DNA of 64,000 nt from Eledone cirrhosa. Lineage: Eukaryota. The notes beneath the pieces were generated by a model that had not been told where the DNA came from, did not search any database, and saw only the letters and a program-made list of their open reading frames with translations. Positions 32,245 through 47,200 of this stretch are shown one piece after another. Within the stretch, counting starts at the first letter, position 1; the number at the start of each line of letters is the position of its first letter. The stretch spans positions 7,874,001-7,938,000 of the forward strand of contig OZ024740.1 in NCBI GenBank assembly GCA_964016885.1, written 5' to 3'. Position numbers and translations under genes: made by a program.

Positions 32245-35200
32245 ATCAGTTTCGATTGTTATATCAGTTTCGATTGGTATGTCAGTTTCTATTGGTATAT
32301 CAGTTTCTATTGGTATGTCAGTTTTGATTGGTGTGTCAGTTTCGATTGGTATGTCAATTTCGATTGGTATATCAGTTACGATTGGTATGTTAGTTACTAT
32401 TGGTATATCAGTTTCGATTAGTATATCAGTTTCTATTGGTATGTCAGTTTCGATTGGTATGTCAGTTTCTATTGGTATATCAGTTTCGAATGGTATGTCT
32501 GTTTCGATTAGTATATCAGTTTCTATAAGTATATCAGTTTCAATTGTTATGTCAGTTTCTATTGGTATATCAGTCTCTATTGGTATGTCAGTTTCGATTT
32601 GTATATCAGTTACAATTGGTATGTTAGTTTCTATTGGTAAGTCAGCTTTGATTAGTATATCAGTTACCATTGGTATCTCAGTTTCTATTGGTATGTCAGT
32701 TTCGATTGGTATATCAGTTTCGATTGGTATGTCAATTTCGATTGGTATATCAGTTTCGATTGGTATGTCAATTTCGATTAGTATATCAGTTTCTATTGGT
32801 ATATCAGTTTCTATTGGTATGTCAGTTTTGATTGGTATATCAGTTTCGATTAGTATGTCAGTTTCGATTGGTATGTCAGTTTCGATTGGTATATCAGTTT
32901 CGATAGGTATATCAGTTTCGATTGGTATATCAGTTTCTATTGGTATATCAGTTTCTATTGGTATGTCAGTTTTGATTGGTATATCAGTTTCGATTAGTAT
33001 GTCAGTTTCGATTGGTATATCAGTTTCGATTGGTATATCAGTTCCGATTGGTATGTCAGTTTCTATTGGTATGACAGTTTCTATTGGTATGTAAGTTTCT
33101 ATTGGTATATCAGTTTTGATTGGTATATCAGTTTCGATTGGTATGTCAGTTTCGATTGTTATGTCAATTTCTATTGGTATATCAGTTTCGATTGGTATAT
33201 CAGTTTCGATTGATATATCAGTTTCGATTAGTATGTCAGTTTCTAATGGTATGTCAGTTTCGATTAGTATATCAGTTTCGATTGGTATGTCAGTTTCTAT
33301 TGGTATATTAGTTTCGATTGATATATCAGTTTCGATTAGTATGTCAGTTTCTAATGGTGTGTCAGTTTCGATTAGTATATCAGTTTCGATTGGTATGTCA
33401 GATTCGATTGGTATGTCAGTTTCGATTGGTATGTCAATTTCGATTGGTATATCAGTTTCGATTAGTATGTCAGTTTCTATTGGTATATCAGTTTCGATGG
33501 CTATGTCAGTTTCGATTGGTATGTGAGTTTCTATTGGTATATCAGTTTCGATGGGTATGTCAGTTTCTATTGGTATGTCAGATTCGATTGATATATCAGT
33601 TTCGATTAGTATGTCAGTTTCTATTGGTATGTCAGTTTCGATTGGTATGTCAGTTTCTATTGGTATATCAGTTTTGAATGGTATGTCTGTTTCGATTAGT
33701 ATATCAGTTTCTATAAGTATATCAGTTTCAATTGTTATGTCAGTTTCTATTGGTATATCAGTTTCTATTGGTATGTCAGTTTCGATTTGTATATCAGTTA
33801 CAATTGGTATGTTAGTTTCTATTGGTAAGTCAGCTTTGATTAGTATATCAGTTTCGATTGGTATGTCAGTTTAGATTGGTATATCAGTTTCGATTGGTAT
33901 GTCAGTTTCTATTGGTATATCAGTTTCTATTGGTATGTCAGTTTCTATTGGTATGTCAGTTTCTATAAGTATATCAGTTTCAATTGTTATGTCAGTTTCT
34001 ATTGGTATGTCAGTTTCGATTGGTATATCAGTTTCTATTGGTATGTCAGTTTTGATTGGTATATCAGTTTGGATTAGTATTTCAGTTTCGATTGGTATGT
34101 CAGTTTCGATTGGTATATCAGTTTCGATAGGTATATCAGTTTCGATTGGTATATCAGTTTCTGTTGGATTGTCAGTTTCGATTGGTATGTCAGTTTCTAT
34201 TGGTATATCAGTTTCGATTGGTATGTCAGTTTCTATTGGTATGTCAGTTTCGATTATTATATCAGTTACTATTGGTATGTCAGTTTCGATTGGAATGTCA
34301 GTTTCGATTGGTATGTCAGTTTATATCGGTATATCTGTTTCGATTGGTATGTCAGTTGCGATTAGTATATCAGTTTCGATTGGTATGTCAGTTTCTATTG
34401 GTATATCAGTTTCGATTGATATATCAGTTTCGATTAGTATGTCAGTTTCTAATGGTATGTCAGTTTCGATTAGTATATCAGTTACGATTGGTATGTCAGT
34501 TTCGATTGGCATGTCAGTTTCTATTGGTATATTAGTTTCGATTGATATATCAGTTTCGATTAGTATGTCAGTTTCTAATGGTATGTCAGTTTCGATTAGT
34601 ATGTCAGTTTCGATTGGTATGTCAGTTTTGCTTGGTATATCAGTTTCAATTAGTATATCAGTTTCGATTGTTATATCAGTTTCGATTGGTATGTCAGTTT
34701 CTATTGGTATATCAGTTTCGATTGGTATATCAGTTTCGATTGGTATGTCAGTTTCTATTTGTATGTCAGTTACTATTGGTATGTCAGTTTCTATTGGTAT
34801 ATCAGTTTTGATTGGTATATCAGTTTCGATTGGTATGTCAGTTTCGATTGGTATATCAGTCTCGATTGGTATATCAGTTTCGATTGGTATATCAGTTTCA
34901 ATTAGTATGTCAGTTTCGATTGGTATGTCAGTTTGGATTGGTATGTCAATTTCGATTGGTATATCAGTTTCGATTGGTATATCAGTTTCAATTGGTATAT
35001 CAGTTTCTATTGGTATGTCAGTTTCTATTGGTATGTCAGTTTCTATTGGTATGTCAGTTTCTATTGGTATATCAGCTTCGATTGTTATATCAGTTTTGTT
35101 TAGTATGTCAGTTTCTATTGGTATGTCAGTTTCGATTGGTATATCAGTTTCGATTGGTATGTCACTTCCTATTGGTATATCAGTTTCGATTGGTATGTCA

Positions 35201-38200
35201 GTTTCTATTGGTATGTCAGTTTCGATTATTTATATCAGTTACTATTAGGTATGTCAGTTTCGATTGTTATGTCAGTTTCGATTGGTATATCAGTTTCTAT
35301 TGGTATGACAGTTTCGATTGGTATATCAGTTTCGATTGGTATGTCAGTTTGGATTGGTATGTCAGTTCCGGTTGGTATGTCAGTTTCGATTGGTATGTCA
35401 GTTTCGATTGGTATGTCAGTTTCGATTGGTATATCAGTTACTATTGGTATGTCAGTTTCGATTGTTATGTCAGTTTCGATTGGTATATCAGTTTCTATTG
35501 GTATGACAGTTTCGATTGGTATATCAGTTTCGATTGGTATGTCAGTTTGGATTGGTATGTCAGTTCCGGTTGGTATGTCAGTTTCGATTGGTATGTCAGT
35601 TTCGATTGGTATGTCAGTTTCGATTGGTATATCAGTTTCGATTGGTATGTCAGTTTCGATTGTTATGTCAGTTTCAATTGGTATGTCAGTTTGGATTGGT
35701 ATGTCAGTTCCGATTGGTATGTCAGTATCTATTGGTATATCAGTTTCTATTGGTATGTCAGTTTCTATTGGTATGTCAGTTTCTATTGGTACGTCAGTTT
35801 CTATTGGTATGTCAGTTTCTATTGGTATATCAGCTTCGATTGTTATATCAGTTTTGTTTAGTATGTCAGTTTCTATTGGTATGTCAGTTTCGATTAGTAT
35901 ATCAGTTTCTATTGGTATGTCAGTTTAGATTGCTATGACAGTTTTGATTGGTATGTTAGTTTCGATTGGTATATCAGTTTCGATTGGTATGACAGTTCCG
36001 ATTGGTATATCAGTTTCGATTGGTATGTCAGTTTGGATTGGTACGTCAGTTCCGATTGGTATGTCAGTTTCGATTGGTATATCAGTTTTAAATGGTGTGT
36101 CTGTTTCGATTAGTATATCAGTTTCTATAAGTATATCAGTTTCAATTGTTATGTCAGTTTCTATTGGTATATCAGTTTCTATTGGTATGTCAGTTTCGAT
36201 TTGTATATCAGTTACAATTGGTATGTTAGTTTCTATTGGTAAGTCAGCTTTGATTAGTATATCAGTTTCGATTGGTATGTCAGTTTAGATTGGTATATCA
36301 GTTTCGATTGGTATGTCAGTTTCTATTGGTATATCAGTTTCTATTGGTATGTCAGTTTCTATTGGTATGTCAGTTTCTATAAGTATATCAGTTTCAATTG
36401 TTATGTCAGTTTCTATTGGTATGTCAGTTTCGATTGGTATATCAGTTTGGATTAGTATTTCAGTTTCGATTGGTATGTCAGTTTCGATTGGTATATCAGT
36501 TTCGATAGGTATATCAGTTTCGATTGGTATATCAGTTTCTGTTGGATTGTCAGTTTCGATTGGTATGTCAGTTTCAAATGTTATATCAGTTTCGATTGGT
36601 ATGTCAGTTTCTATTGGTATGTCAGTTTCGATTATTATATCAGTTACTATTGGTATGTCAGTTTCGATTGGAATGTCAGTTTCGATTGGTATGTCAGTTT
36701 ATATCGGTATATCTGTTTCGATTGGTATGTCAGTTGCGATTAGTATATCAGTTTCGATTGGTATGTCAGTTTCTATTGGTATATCAGTTTCGATTGATAT
36801 ATCAGTTTCGATTAGTATGTCAGTTTCTAATGGTATGACAGTTTCGATTAGTATATCAGTTACGATTGGTATGTCAGTTTCGATTGGCATGTCAGTTTCT
36901 ATTGGTATATTAGTTTCGATTGATATATCAGTTTCGATTAGTATGTCAGTTTCTAATGGTATGTCAGTTTCGATTAGTATGTCAGTTTCGATTGGTATGT
37001 CAGTTTTGCTTGGTATATCAGTTTCGATTAGTATATCAGTTTCGATTGTTATATCAGTTTCGATTGGTATGTCAGTTTCTATTGGTATATCAGTTTCGAT
37101 TGGTATATCAGTTTCGATTGGTATGTCAGTTTATATTTGTGTGTCAGTTACTATTGGTATGTCAGTTTCTATTGGTATATCAGTTTTGATTGGTATATCA
37201 GTTTCGATTGGTATGTCAGTTTCGATTGGTATATCAGTTTCGATTGGTATATCAGTTTCAATTAGTATGTCAGTTTCGATTGGTATGTCAGTTTGGATTG
37301 GTATGTCAATTTCGATTGGTATATCAGTTTCGATTGGTATATCAGTTTCAATTGGTATATCAGTTTCTATTGGTATGTCAGTTTCTATTGGTATGTCAGT
37401 TTCTATTGGTATGTCAGTTTCTATTGGTATATCAGCTTCGATTGTTATATCAGTTTTGTTTAGTATGTCAGTTTCTATTGGTATGTCAGTTTCGATTGGT
37501 ATATCAGTTTCGATTGGTATGTCACTTCCTATTGGTATATCAGTTTCGATTGGTATGTCAGTTTCTATTGGTATGTCAGTTTCGATTATTTATATCAGTT
37601 ACTATTGGTATGTCAGTTTCGATTGTTATGTCAGTTTCGATTGGTATATCAGTTTCTATTGGTATGACAGTTTCGATTGGTATATCCGTTTCGATTGGTA
37701 TGTCAGTTTGGATTGGTATGTCAGTTCCGGTTGGTATGTCAGTTTCGATTGGTATGTCAGTTTCGATTGGTATGTCAGTTTCGATTGTTATGTCAGTTTC
37801 GATTGGTATGTGAGTTCCGATTGGTATGTCAGTTTCGATTGGTATATCAGTTTCGATTGGTATGTCAGTTTCGATTGTTATGTCAGTTTCAATTGGTATG
37901 TCAGTTTGGATTGGTATGTCAGTTCCGATTGGTATGTCAGTATCTATTGGTATATCAGTTTCTATTGGTATGTCAGTTTCTATTGGTATGTCAGTTTCTA
38001 TTGGTACGTCAGTTTCTATTGGTATGTCAGTTTCTATTGGTATATCAGCTTCGATTGTTATATCAGTTTTGTTTAGTATGTCAGTTTCTATTGGTATGTC
38101 AGTTTCGATTAGTATATCAGTTTCTATTGGTATGTCAGTTCAGATTGCTATGACAGTTTTGATTGGTATGTTAGTTTCGATTGGTATATCAGTTTCGATT

Positions 38201-41200
38201 GGTATGACAGTTCCGATTGGTATATCAGTTTCGATTGGTATGTCAGTTTGGATTGGTACGTCAGTTCCGATTGGTATGTCAGTTTCGATTGGTATATCAG
38301 TTTCGATTGGTATATCAGTTTCGATTGGTATATCAGTTTCGAATGGTATGTCAGTTTGTATTGGTATGTCAATTTCGATTGGTATATCAGTTTCGATTGG
38401 TATATCAGTTTCGATTGGTATGTCAGTTTCTATTGATATATCAGTTTCTATTGGTATGTCAGTTTCGATAGGTATGTCTGTTTTTATTGGTATATCAGTT
38501 TCGAATAGTATGTCAGTTTATATTGGTATGTCAGATTCGTTTATTATATCAGTTACTATTGGTATGTCAGTTTCGATTGGTATGTCAGTTTCGATTGGTA
38601 TATCAGTTTCTGTTGGTACGTCAGTTTCGATACGTATGTTAGTCCTCGATTTGTATGTCAGTTTCTATTGGTATATCAGTTTCGATGGTTATGTCAGTTT
38701 CGATTGGTATGTCAGTTTCTATTGGTATATCAGTTTCGATTGGTATGTCAGTTTCGATTGGTATATCAGTTTCTGTTGGTACGTCAGTTTCGATACGTAT
38801 GTTAGTCCTCGATTTGTATATCAGTTTCTATTAGTATATCAGTTTCAATTGTTATGTCAATTTCTATTGGTATATCAGTTTCTATTTGTATGTCAGTTTC
38901 TATTTGTATATCAGTTACAATTGGTATGTTAGTTTCTATTGGTAAGTCAGCTTCGATTAGTATATCAGTTTCGATTGGTATGTCAGTTTCGATTGGTATA
39001 TCAGTTTCGATTGGTATGTCACTTCCTATTGGTATATCAGTTTCGATTGGTATGTCAGTTTCTAATGGTATGTCAGTTTCGATTATTTATATCAGTTACT
39101 ATTGGTATGTCAGTTTCGTTTTGTTATGTCAGTTTCGATTGGTATATCAGTTTCTATTGGTATGACAGTTTCGATTGGTATATCAGTTTCGATTGGTATG
39201 TCAGTTTGGATTGGTATGTCAGTTCCGGTTGGTATGTCAGTTTCGATAGGTATGTCAGTTTCGATTGGTATGTCAGTTTCGATTGGTATGTCAGTTTCGA
39301 TTGGTATATCAGTTTCGATTGGTATATCAGTTTCAATTGGTATGTCAGTTTCGATTGGTATGTCAGTTTGGATTGGTATGTCAATTTCGATTGGTATATA
39401 AGTTTCGATTGGTATATCATTTTCAATTGGTATATCAGTTTCTATTGGTATGTCAGTTTCTATTGGTATGTCAGTTTCTATTGGTATGTCAGTTTCTATT
39501 GGTATATAAACTTCGATTGTTATATCAGTTTTGTTTAGTATGTCAGTTTCTATTGGTATGTCAGTTTGGATTAGTATATCAGTGTCTATAGGTATGTCAG
39601 TTTAGATTGCTATGACAGTTTTTATTGATATGTTAGTTTCGATTGGTATATCAGTTTCGATTGGTATGTCAGTTTCTATTGATATATCAGTTTCTATTGG
39701 TATGTCAGTTTCGATAGGTATGTCAGTTTTTATTGGTATATTAGTTTCGAATAGTATGTCAGTTTCTATTGGTATGTCAGTTACGATTATTATATCAGTT
39801 GCTATTGGTATGTCAGTTTCGATTGGTATGTCAGTTTCGATTGGTATATCAGTTTCTGTTGGTATGTCAGTTTCTATTGGTATATCAGCTTAGATTGGTA
39901 TATCTGTTTAGATTAGTATGTCAGTATCTATTGGTATGTCAGTTTCGGTCAGTATATCAGTTTCTATAGGTATGTCAGTTTCTATTGGTATGTCAGTTTC
40001 TATTGGTATATCAGTTTCTATTGGTATGTCAGTTTTGATTGGTATATCAGTTTCGATTAGTATGTCAGTTTCGATTGGTATGTCAGTTTCGATTGGTATA
40101 TCAGTTTCGATTGGTATGTCAGTTTCTATTGGTATGTCAGTTTCTATTGGTATGTCAGTTTCTATTGGTATATCAGTTTTGATTGGTATATCAGTTTCGA
40201 TTGGTATGTTAGTTTCGATTGGTATGTCAATTTCTATTGGTATATCAGTTTCGATTAGTATATCAGTTTCGATTGATATATCAGTTTCGATTAGTATGTC
40301 AGTTTCTAATGGTATGTCAGTTTCGATTAGTATATCAGTTTCGATTGGTATGTCAGTTTTGATTGGTATGTCAGTTTCTATTGGTATATTAGTTTCGATT
40401 GATATATCAGTTTCGATTAGTATGTCAGTTTCTAATGGTGTGTCAGTTTCGATTAGTATATCAGTTTCTATTGGTATGTCAGTTTCGATTGGTATGTCAA
40501 TTTATATTGGTATATCAGTTTCTATTGGTATGTCAGATTCGATTGGTATGTCAGTTTCGATTGGTATGTCAATTTCGATTGGTATATCAGTTTTGATTAG
40601 TATGTCAGTTTCTATTGGTATGTCAGTTTCGATAGGAATGTTAGTCCTCGATTTGTATGTTAGTTTCTATTGGTATGTCAGTTTCGATTGGTATGTCAGT
40701 TTCTATTGGTATATCAGTTTCGAATGGTATGTCTGTTTCGATTAGTATGTCAGTTTCTATAAGTATATCAGTTTCAATTGTTATGTCAGTTTCTATTGGT
40801 ATATCAGTTTCTATTGGTATGTCAGTTTCGATTTGTGTATCATTTACAATTGGTATGTTAGTTTCTATTGGTAAGTCAGCTTCGATTAGTATATCAGTTT
40901 CGATTGGTATGTCAATTTAGATTGGTATATCAGTTTCGATTGGTATGTCAGTTTCTATTGGTATATCAGTTTCGATTGGTATGTCAGTTTCTATTGGTAT
41001 GTCAGTTTCTATTGGTATGTCAGTTTCTATTGGTATGTCAGTTTCTATAAGTATATCAGTTTCAATTGTTATGTCAGTTTCGATTGGTATATCAGTTTCT
41101 ATTGGTATGTCAGTTTTGATTGGTATATCAGTTTGGATTAGTATTTCAGTTTCGATTGGTATGTCAGTTTCGATTGGTATATCAATTTCGATAGGTATAT

Positions 41201-44200
41201 CAGTTTCGATTGGTATATCAGTTTCTGTTGGATTGTCAGTTTCGATTGGTATGTCAGTTTCTATTGGTATATCAGTTTCGATTGGTATGTCAGTTTCTAT
41301 TGGTATGTCAGTTTCGATTATTATATCAGTTACTATTGGTATGTCAGTTTCGATTGTTATGTCAAGTTTCAATTGGTACGTCAGTTTCTATTGGTATGTC
41401 AGTTTCTATTGGTATATCAGCTTCGATTGTTATATCAGTTTTGTTTAGTATGTCAGTTTCTATTGGTATGTCAGTTTTGATTAGTATATCAGTTTCTATT
41501 GGTATGTCAGTTTAGATTGCTATGACAGTTTTGATTGGTATATCAGTTTCGATTGGTATGTCAGTTTGGATTGGTACGTCAGTTCCGATTGGTATGTCAG
41601 TTTCGATTGGTATATCAGTTTCGATTGGTATATCAGTTTTGATTGGTATATCAGTTTCGATTGGTATGTCAGTTTCGATTGTTATGTCAGTTTGTATTGG
41701 TATGTCAATTTCGATTGGTATATCAGTTTCGATTGGTATATCAGTTTCGATTGGTATGTCAGTTTCTATTGATATATCAGTTTCTATTGGTATGTCAGTT
41801 AGATAGGTATGTCAGTTTTTATTGGTATATCAGTTTCGAATAGTATGTCAGTTTCTATTGGTATGTCAGTTTCGTTTATTATATCAGTTACTATTGGTAT
41901 GTCAGTTTCGATTGGTATATCAGTTTCTGTTGGTATGTCAGTTTCTATTGGAATATCAGCCTCGATTGCTATATCAGTTTAGATTAGTATGTCAGTTTCT
42001 ATTGGTATGTCAGTTTCGGTCAGTATATCAGTTTCTATTGGTATGTCAGTTTTGATTTCTATGTCAGTTTCAATTGGTATATCAGTTTCGATTGGTATAT
42101 CACTTTCGATTGGTATGTAAGTTTCGAATGGTATATCAGTTTCAATTGGTATGTCAGTTTCTATTGGTATATCAGTTTCGATTGGTATGTCAGATTTGAT
42201 TGGTATATCAGTTTCGATTGGTATATCGGTTTCTAATGGTATGTCAGTTTCGATTATTATATCAGTTACTATATTATCTCAGTTTCGATTGGTATGTCAG
42301 TTTCGATTGGTACATCAGTTCCGATTGGTATGTCAGTTTCTATTGGTATATCAGTTTCTATTGGTATGTCTGTTTCTATTGGTATATCAGTTTCGATTGG
42401 TATGTTAGTTTCTATTGGTATGTCAGTTTCGATTATTATATCAGTTACTAGTGGTATATCAGTTTCTATTGGTACGTCATTTTCGATACGTATGTTAGTC
42501 CTCGATTTGTATGTCAGTTTCTATTGGTATATCAGTTTCGATGGTTATGTCAGTTTCGATTGGTATGTCAGTTTCTATTGGTATATCAGTTTCGAATGGT
42601 ATGTCTGTTTCGATTAGTATATCAGTTTCTATTAGTATATCAGTTTCAATTGTTATGTCAGTTTCTCTTGGTATATCAGTTTCTATTGGTATGTCAGTTT
42701 CTATTTGTATATCAGTTACAATTGGTATGTTAGTTTCTATTGGTAAGTCAGCTTCGATTATTATATCAGTTTCGATTGGTATGTCAGTTTCGATTGGTAT
42801 ATCAGTTTCGATTGGTATGTCACTTCCTATTGGTATATCAGTTTCGATTGGTATGTCAGTTTCTATTGGTATGTCAGTTTCGATTATTTATATCAGTTAC
42901 TATTGGTATGTCAGTTTCGATTGTTATGTCAGTTCCGATTGGTATATCAGTTTCTATTGGTATGACAGTTTCGATTGGTATATCAGTTTCGATTGGTATG
43001 TCAGTTTGGATAGGTATGTCAGTTCCGGTTGGTATGTCAGTTTCGATTGGTATGTCAGTTTCGATTGGTATGTCAGTTTCGATTGGTATATCAGTTTCGA
43101 TTGGTAGATCAGTTTCTATTGGTATATCAGTTTCGATTGGTATGTCAGTTTCGATTGGTATGTCAGTTTGGATTGGTATGTCAATTTCGATTGGTATATC
43201 AGTTTCTATTGGTATGTCAGTTTCTATTGGTATGTCAGTTTCTATTGGTATATCAGTTTCGATGGGTATGTCAGTTTCGATTGGTATGTGAGTTTCTATT
43301 GGTATATCAGTTTCGATTAGTATGTCAGTTTCTATTGGTATGTCAGTTTCGATAGGAATGTTAGTCCTCGATTTGTATGTCAGTTTCTATTGGTATGTCA
43401 GTTTCGATTGGTATGTCAGTTTCTATTGGTATATCAGTTTCGAATGGTATGTCTGTTTCGATTAGTATATCAGTTTCTATAAGTATATCAGTTTCAATTG
43501 TTATGTCAGTTTCTATTGGTATATCAGTTTCTATTGGTATGTCAGTTTCGATTTGTATATCAGTTACAATTGGTATGTTAGTTTCTATTGGTAAGTCAGC
43601 TTCGATTAGTATATCAGTTTCGATTGGTATGTCAGTTTAAATTGGTATATCAGTTTCGATTGGTATGTCAGTTTTTATTGGTATATCAGATTCTATTGGT
43701 ATGTCAGTTTCTATTGGTATGTCAGTTTCTATTGGTATGTCAGTTTCTATAAGTATATCAGTTTCAATTGTTACGTCAGTTTCTATTGGTATGTCAGTTT
43801 CGATTGGTATATCAGTTTCTATTGGTATGTCAGTTTTGATTGGTATATCAGTTTGGATTAGTATTTCAGTTTCGATTGGTATGTCAGTTTCGATTGGTAT
43901 ATCAGTTTCGATAGGTATATCAGTTTCGATTGGTATATCAGTTTCTGTTGGATTGTCAGTTTCGATTGGTATGTCAGTTTCTATTGGTATATCAGTTTCG
44001 ATTGGTATGTCAGTTTCTATTGGTATGTCAGTTTCGATTATTATATCAGTTACTATTGGTATGTCAGTTTCGATTGGAATGTCAGTTTAGATTGGTATGT
44101 CAGTTTATATCGGTATATCTGTTTCGATTGGTATGTCAGTTTCTGTTGGATTGTCAGTTTCGATTGGTATGTCAGTTTCTATTGGTATGTCATTTTCTAT

Positions 44201-47200
44201 TGGTATGTCAGTTTCTATTGGTATATCAGTTTTGAGTGGTATATCAGTTTCGATTGGTATGTCAGTTTCGATTGGTATGTCAGTTTCTATTGGTATGTCA
44301 GTTTCGATTATTATATCACTAACTATTGGTATGTCAGTTTCGATTGTTATGTCAGTTTCAATTGGTATGTCAGTTTGGATTGGTATGTCAGTTCCGATTG
44401 GTATGTCAGTTTCGATTGGTATATCAGTTTGGATTGGTATGTCAGTTTCGATTGGTATGTCAGTTTGGATTGGTATGTCAATTTCGATTGGTATATCAGT
44501 TTCGATTGGTATATCACTTTCGATTGGTATATCAGTTTCTATTGGTATGTCAGTTTCTATTGGTATGTCAGTTTCTATTGGTATGTCAGTTTCTATTGGT
44601 ATATCAGTTTCGAATGGTATGTCTGTTTCGATTAGTATATCAGTTTCTATTAGTATATCAGTTTCAATTGTTATGTCAGTTTCTATTGGTATATCAGTTT
44701 CTATTGGTATGTCAGTTTCTATTTGTATATCAGTTACAATTGGTATGTTAGTTTCTATTGGTAAGTCAGCTTTGATTAGTATATCAGTTTCGATTGGTAT
44801 GTCAGTTTCGATTGGTATATCAGTTTCGATTGGTATGTCACTTCCTATTGGTATATCAGTTTCGATTGGTATGTCAGTTTCTATTGGTATGTCAGTTTCG
44901 ATTATTTATATCAGTTACTATTGGTATGTCAGTTTCGATTGTTATGTCAGTTCCGATTGGTATATCAGTTTCTATTGGTATGACAGTTTCGATTGGTATA
45001 TCAGTTTCGATTGGTTTGTCAGTTTGGATAGGTATGTCAGTTTCGATTGGTATGTCAGTTTCGATTGGTATGTCAGTTTCGATTGGTATATCAGTTTCGA
45101 TTGGTATATCAGTTTCTATTGGTATATCAGTTTCGATTGGTATGTCAGTTTCGATTGGTATGTCAGTTTCGATTGGTATGTCAATTTCGATTGGTATATC
45201 AGTTTCGATTGGTATATCAGTTTCAATTGGTATATCAGCTTCGATTGTTATATCAGTTTTGTTTAGTATGTCAGTTTCTATTGGTATGTCAGTTTCGATT
45301 AGTATATCAGTTTCTATTGGTATGTCAGTTTAGATTGCTATGACAGTTTCGATTGGTATGTCAATTTCGATTGGTATATCAGTTTCGATTAGTATGTCAG
45401 TTTCTATTGGTATATCAGTTTCGATGGGTATGTCAGTTTCGATTGGTATGTGAGTTTCTATTGGTATATCAGTTTCGATTAGTATGTCAGTTTCTATTGG
45501 TATGTCAGTTTCGATAGGAATGTTAGTCCTCGATTTGTATGTCAGTTTCTATTGGTATGTCAGTTTCGATTGGTATGTCAGTTTCGATTGGTATATCAGT
45601 TTCGATAGGTATATCAGTTTCGATTGCTATATCAGTTTTTGTTGGATTGTCAGTTTCGATTGGTATGTCAGTTTCTATTGGTATATCAGTTTCGATTGGT
45701 ATGTCAGTTTCTATTGGTATATCAGTTTTGATTGGTATATCAGTTTCGATTGGTATGTCAGTTTCGATTGGTATGTCAGTTTCTATTGGTATGTCAGTTT
45801 CGATTATTATATCACTAACTATTGGTATGTCAGTTTCGATTGTTATGTCAGTTTCAATTGGTATGTCAGTTTGGATTGGTATGTCAGTTCCGATTGGTAT
45901 GTCAGTTTCTATTGGTATATCAGTTTCTATTGGTATGTCAGTTACTATTGGTATGTCAGTTTCTATTGGTACGTCAGTTTCTATTGGTATGTCAGTTCCT
46001 ATTGGTATATCAGCTTCGATTGTTATATCAGTTTTGTTTAGTATGTCAGTTTCTATTGGTATGTCAGTTTTGATTAGTATATCAGTTTCTATTGGTATGT
46101 CAGTTTAGATTGCTATGAGAATTTTGATTGGTATATCAGTTTCGATTGGTATGTCAGTTTGGATTGGTACGTCAGTTCCGATTGGTATGTCAGTTTCGAT
46201 TGGTATATCAGTTTCGATTGGTATATCAGTTTCGATTGGTATATCAGTTTCGATTGGTATGTCAGTTTCGATTGCTATGTCAGTTTGTATTGGTAAGTCA
46301 ATTTCGATTGGTATATCAGTTTCGATTGGTATATCAGTTTCGATTGGTATGTCAGTTTCTATTGATATATCAGTTTCTATTGGTATGTCAGTTTCGATAG
46401 GTATGTCAGTTTTTATTGGTATATCAGTTTCGAATAGTATGTCAGTTTCTATTGGTATGTCAGTTTCGTTTATTATATCAGTTACTATTGGTATGTCAGT
46501 TTCGATTGGTATATCAGTTTCTGTTGGTATGTCAGTTTCTATTGGAATATCAGCTTCGATTGGTATATCAGTTTAGATTAGTATGTCAGTTTCTATTCGT
46601 ATGTCAGTTTCGGTCAGTATATCAGTTTCTATTGGTATGTCAGTTTTGATTGCTATGTCAGTTTCAATTGGTATATCAGTTTCGATTGGTATATCACTTT
46701 CGATTGGTATGTCAGTTTCGATTATTATATCAGTTACTATATTATCTCAGTTTCGATTGGTATGTCAGTTTGGATTGGTACATCAGTTTCGATTGGTATG
46801 TCAGTTTCTATTGGTATATCAGTTTCTATTGGTATGTCTGTTTCTATTGGTATATCAGTTTCGATTGGTATGTTAGTTTCTATTGGTATGTCAGTTTCGA
46901 TTATTATATCAGTTACTATTGGTATATCAGTTTCTATTGGTACGTCAGTTTCGATACGTATGTTAGTCCTCGATTTGTATGTCAGTTTCTTTTGGTATAT
47001 CAGTTTCGATGGTTATTTCAGTTTCGATTGGTATGTCAGTTTCTATTGGTATATCAGTTTCGAATGGTATGTCTGTTTCGATTAGTATATCAGTTTCTAT
47101 TAGTATATCAGTTTCAATTGTTATGTCAGTTTCTATTGGTATGTCAGTTTCTATTTGTATATCAGTTACAATTGGTATGTTAGTTTCTATTGGTAAGTCA